Assembly: GCF_006345805.1 (NCBI RefSeq)
Contig: NW_021835993.1
Coordinates: 186,001 to 250,000 of the forward strand
Origin: Octopus sinensis
Lineage: Eukaryota
DNA length: 64,000 bases
Direction of reading: 5' to 3'
The notes under the pieces are model-generated. The model was not told the DNA's origin and did no database searches. It saw only the letters and a program-made list of their open reading frames with translations. Numbering within the stretch: the stretch's first letter is position 1; every line of letters starts with the position of its first letter. Both the position numbers and the translations under genes were made by a program. Positions 62,142-64,000 of the stretch are shown here, in pieces.

Positions 62142-64000
62142 TTATTTAATCAAGTTATATTATGTATTTCCACTGATATGCGGTATTCCGCAGCCATTAT
62201 ATCATTTCTCTAAAATTCCAAGCCAAGTATTTACTGGTTAACTCACGACTGAGTATCTGGCTATCCTCCTGCTTTGGTTTTAGTCGAATATTTAAGTAAA
62301 AGGAATTTGGACAGGAATTGGTAGGAAAATGTTTTTTGATTTACCTAACTTACTCCAATAGCGTTTATTTTACTCACCAGTTTGCAGTTAATTCAGTTTA
62401 TTGCAGTTCACCTCGACCTAAAAAACATAGGAAATTCGTATAGACAAGACTTGGATTGACATTCCCGAGATATCCTAATCCGAAGTTTACCAAATACATC
62501 GTATCTTTTGAGTTACTAAACCGCATTACATTCAAGGGCTTTTCAATCCGGAAGAATTTTTCTCTTTGACTGCCATAGTTCTTAATGTTCAGCTTCTTGT
62601 ACTTCAACTGCCCAACATATATTGTCGATATCTGTCAATTTATTAAAATCGCAAACTTAGGATGTAACTACTCGATTCAGAGATTTGAATAAAACTGGTA
62701 ATCTTTGAATTTATTATTCTACTTTTCATTTTTCATAAATATCACTCCTTCCCTTCCCCATGAAAGTCTGCTTGCATTAGGTCTTCCTAGACATTCCTGG
62801 AAAAACATTACACAGATCATCGCTGGCTATGCCCACCGAGAGATCATACAAAAGATTGTCAACTCTCATTGAAAAGAGGAAAAGAAGTGAGTTTGGGGCT
62901 CTTTCTATCTTCAAGGCTTGTGGCATCGTGTGAATTAAGCGGTCAATTTGATTTGTTGGTATGAGGAGTTTGTCGTCCCTGAAGGCAAGGATAATTGATT
63001 AAATGTTCTTTTCTATATGTGAAGAAAGATCAGAACATGAGATCGGAAATCTTTATTATTAAAAGCTCGAATATTTGAATACTTATTTTTGACTAGTTCT
63101 AACAACGGACAAAACTGTCGATGGCTTAATTCATTCGGAATTATTTTATTCACTATCATGATAACCACTCCCACACATTCACAGTAAATATGCGCAAAGT
63201 GGTAGATGATGCAATGAAACCTTGTCAAATCTCTACCCAAATAACTTTGAAGTGAATTCAACAAGGCTTTCTGTGGTCTTTAATACTTTGCGTCCCAGCA
63301 GTAGATATCCACGTGGTGTTTATCCCTTGCCTGATAGGGCCTCGTATTGTTAGGTAGTGGGAGAGGATTTTGATAGAGATCTGTTTGTCTAAATAAATCG
63401 TGTTGCATGCTCTCCAATTTTTCCGAAGCACGACTAATTTGATAAATGCTTTTTCTATTACAAGGAAATTTAAGTTGGTTTTGTAGTACTTTGAAACGAT
63501 TCCGTCTCACGTAAACACAATGGAGATTCTTTTCATTTTCACACAATTCCCAATTCTCACACGTCATCTTTATGGATTTTCTTCACGTGGACTTGTTTCA
63601 CTAACTTTGCAAGTTTATGCCAATATCGATGAGTGTGCTCATGCTCGTCGGCTTAATAAAATATCCGGTTTGTTGTTTTCTAGTTCTGATTGTATTCACT
63701 CTTACTTCGACAAACTCATTCGCCACAATAGATTTTGAGCTTTCTGGTCTTTCTTACTTTAAAATATAAGTATTCTCACTCATTGCTTTGGCAGTTAATT
63801 GTGTGTCCCCGTTTATTTTAGGTACCACGACCTTCAAAATATGGGCAATTCAAAAGATCAAAACTGTTTTCTGTCGTCAATTCGTATGGACACAGAAAAT
63901 AGACTGATTGACATTCCTGAGTTTGTGATTAAATTGATTCACGATTTGTCTATAACTAAAATCAATGAATTATAGATGTAGACATGATATAATCAACTCT

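Larger units (their letters stand above)
59098..64000 (+). repeat. Segmental duplication, copy 2 (runs off the window end)
   Basis: Homology starts abruptly at TATTTGAGAAAAAAGTC (59098, matching 39934). Confidence 0.97.

Noticed and set aside
1-64000. Fragmented ORFs suggesting an alternative genetic code or mass pseudogenisation
   Set aside because: Removing 22-31 nt GT-AG introns restores conserved frames under the standard code.
1-64000. CRISPR arrays, rRNA, tRNA, snRNA or SL-RNA genes
   Set aside because: No regularly spaced repeat-spacer array or recognisable structured-RNA signature was found by eye. A covariance-model search would be needed to exclude small RNAs.

Overview
This is eukaryotic (animal) nuclear DNA from an extremely compact genome. 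Almost every gene is split by tiny GT-AG introns of about 22-31 nt, which is why the ORF track is fragmented. Animal-specific genes (7-EC protocadherin, KEAP1-like), a motile-cilia gene (LRRC23-like) and mini-introns together fit a dicyemid mesozoan best; this is inference, not verified. Recognisable genes: LRRC23-like, protocadherin, MIC60/IMMT, SLC16, a 5'-truncated CPVL-like carboxypeptidase, Tudor-SN (SND1), MED18, EHD, SLC46, KEAP1-like (two copies), SPT2, calmodulin-like, ICT1/MRPL58-like, RanGAP1, USB1 and peflin. They sit among decayed transposons: many CRE-clade 3' ends, APE-LINEs, an R4-like fragment, hAT, Merlin and pogo/Tigger. A segment of at least 4.9 kb is duplicated about 19 kb downstream and runs off the window end. 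Best leads: (1) a decayed bacterial, apparently Chlamydiae-type, pyruvate kinase next to a microsporidia-like R4 fragment; (2) host-type mini-introns inside three DNA-transposon families; (3) length-driven splice-site choice, plus reciprocal 1-nt indels in the duplicated genes that are frame-neutral only if the adjacent mini-intron is retained; (4) an ICT1 without its GGQ motif and a Tudor-SN without SN3; (5) head-to-head genes with only 43-68 bp between ATGs; (6) a CRE insertion with a 10-bp TSD and a 5' fold-back hairpin, whose empty site is present in the same window. All family assignments come from manual translation and remembered motifs; no searches were run.
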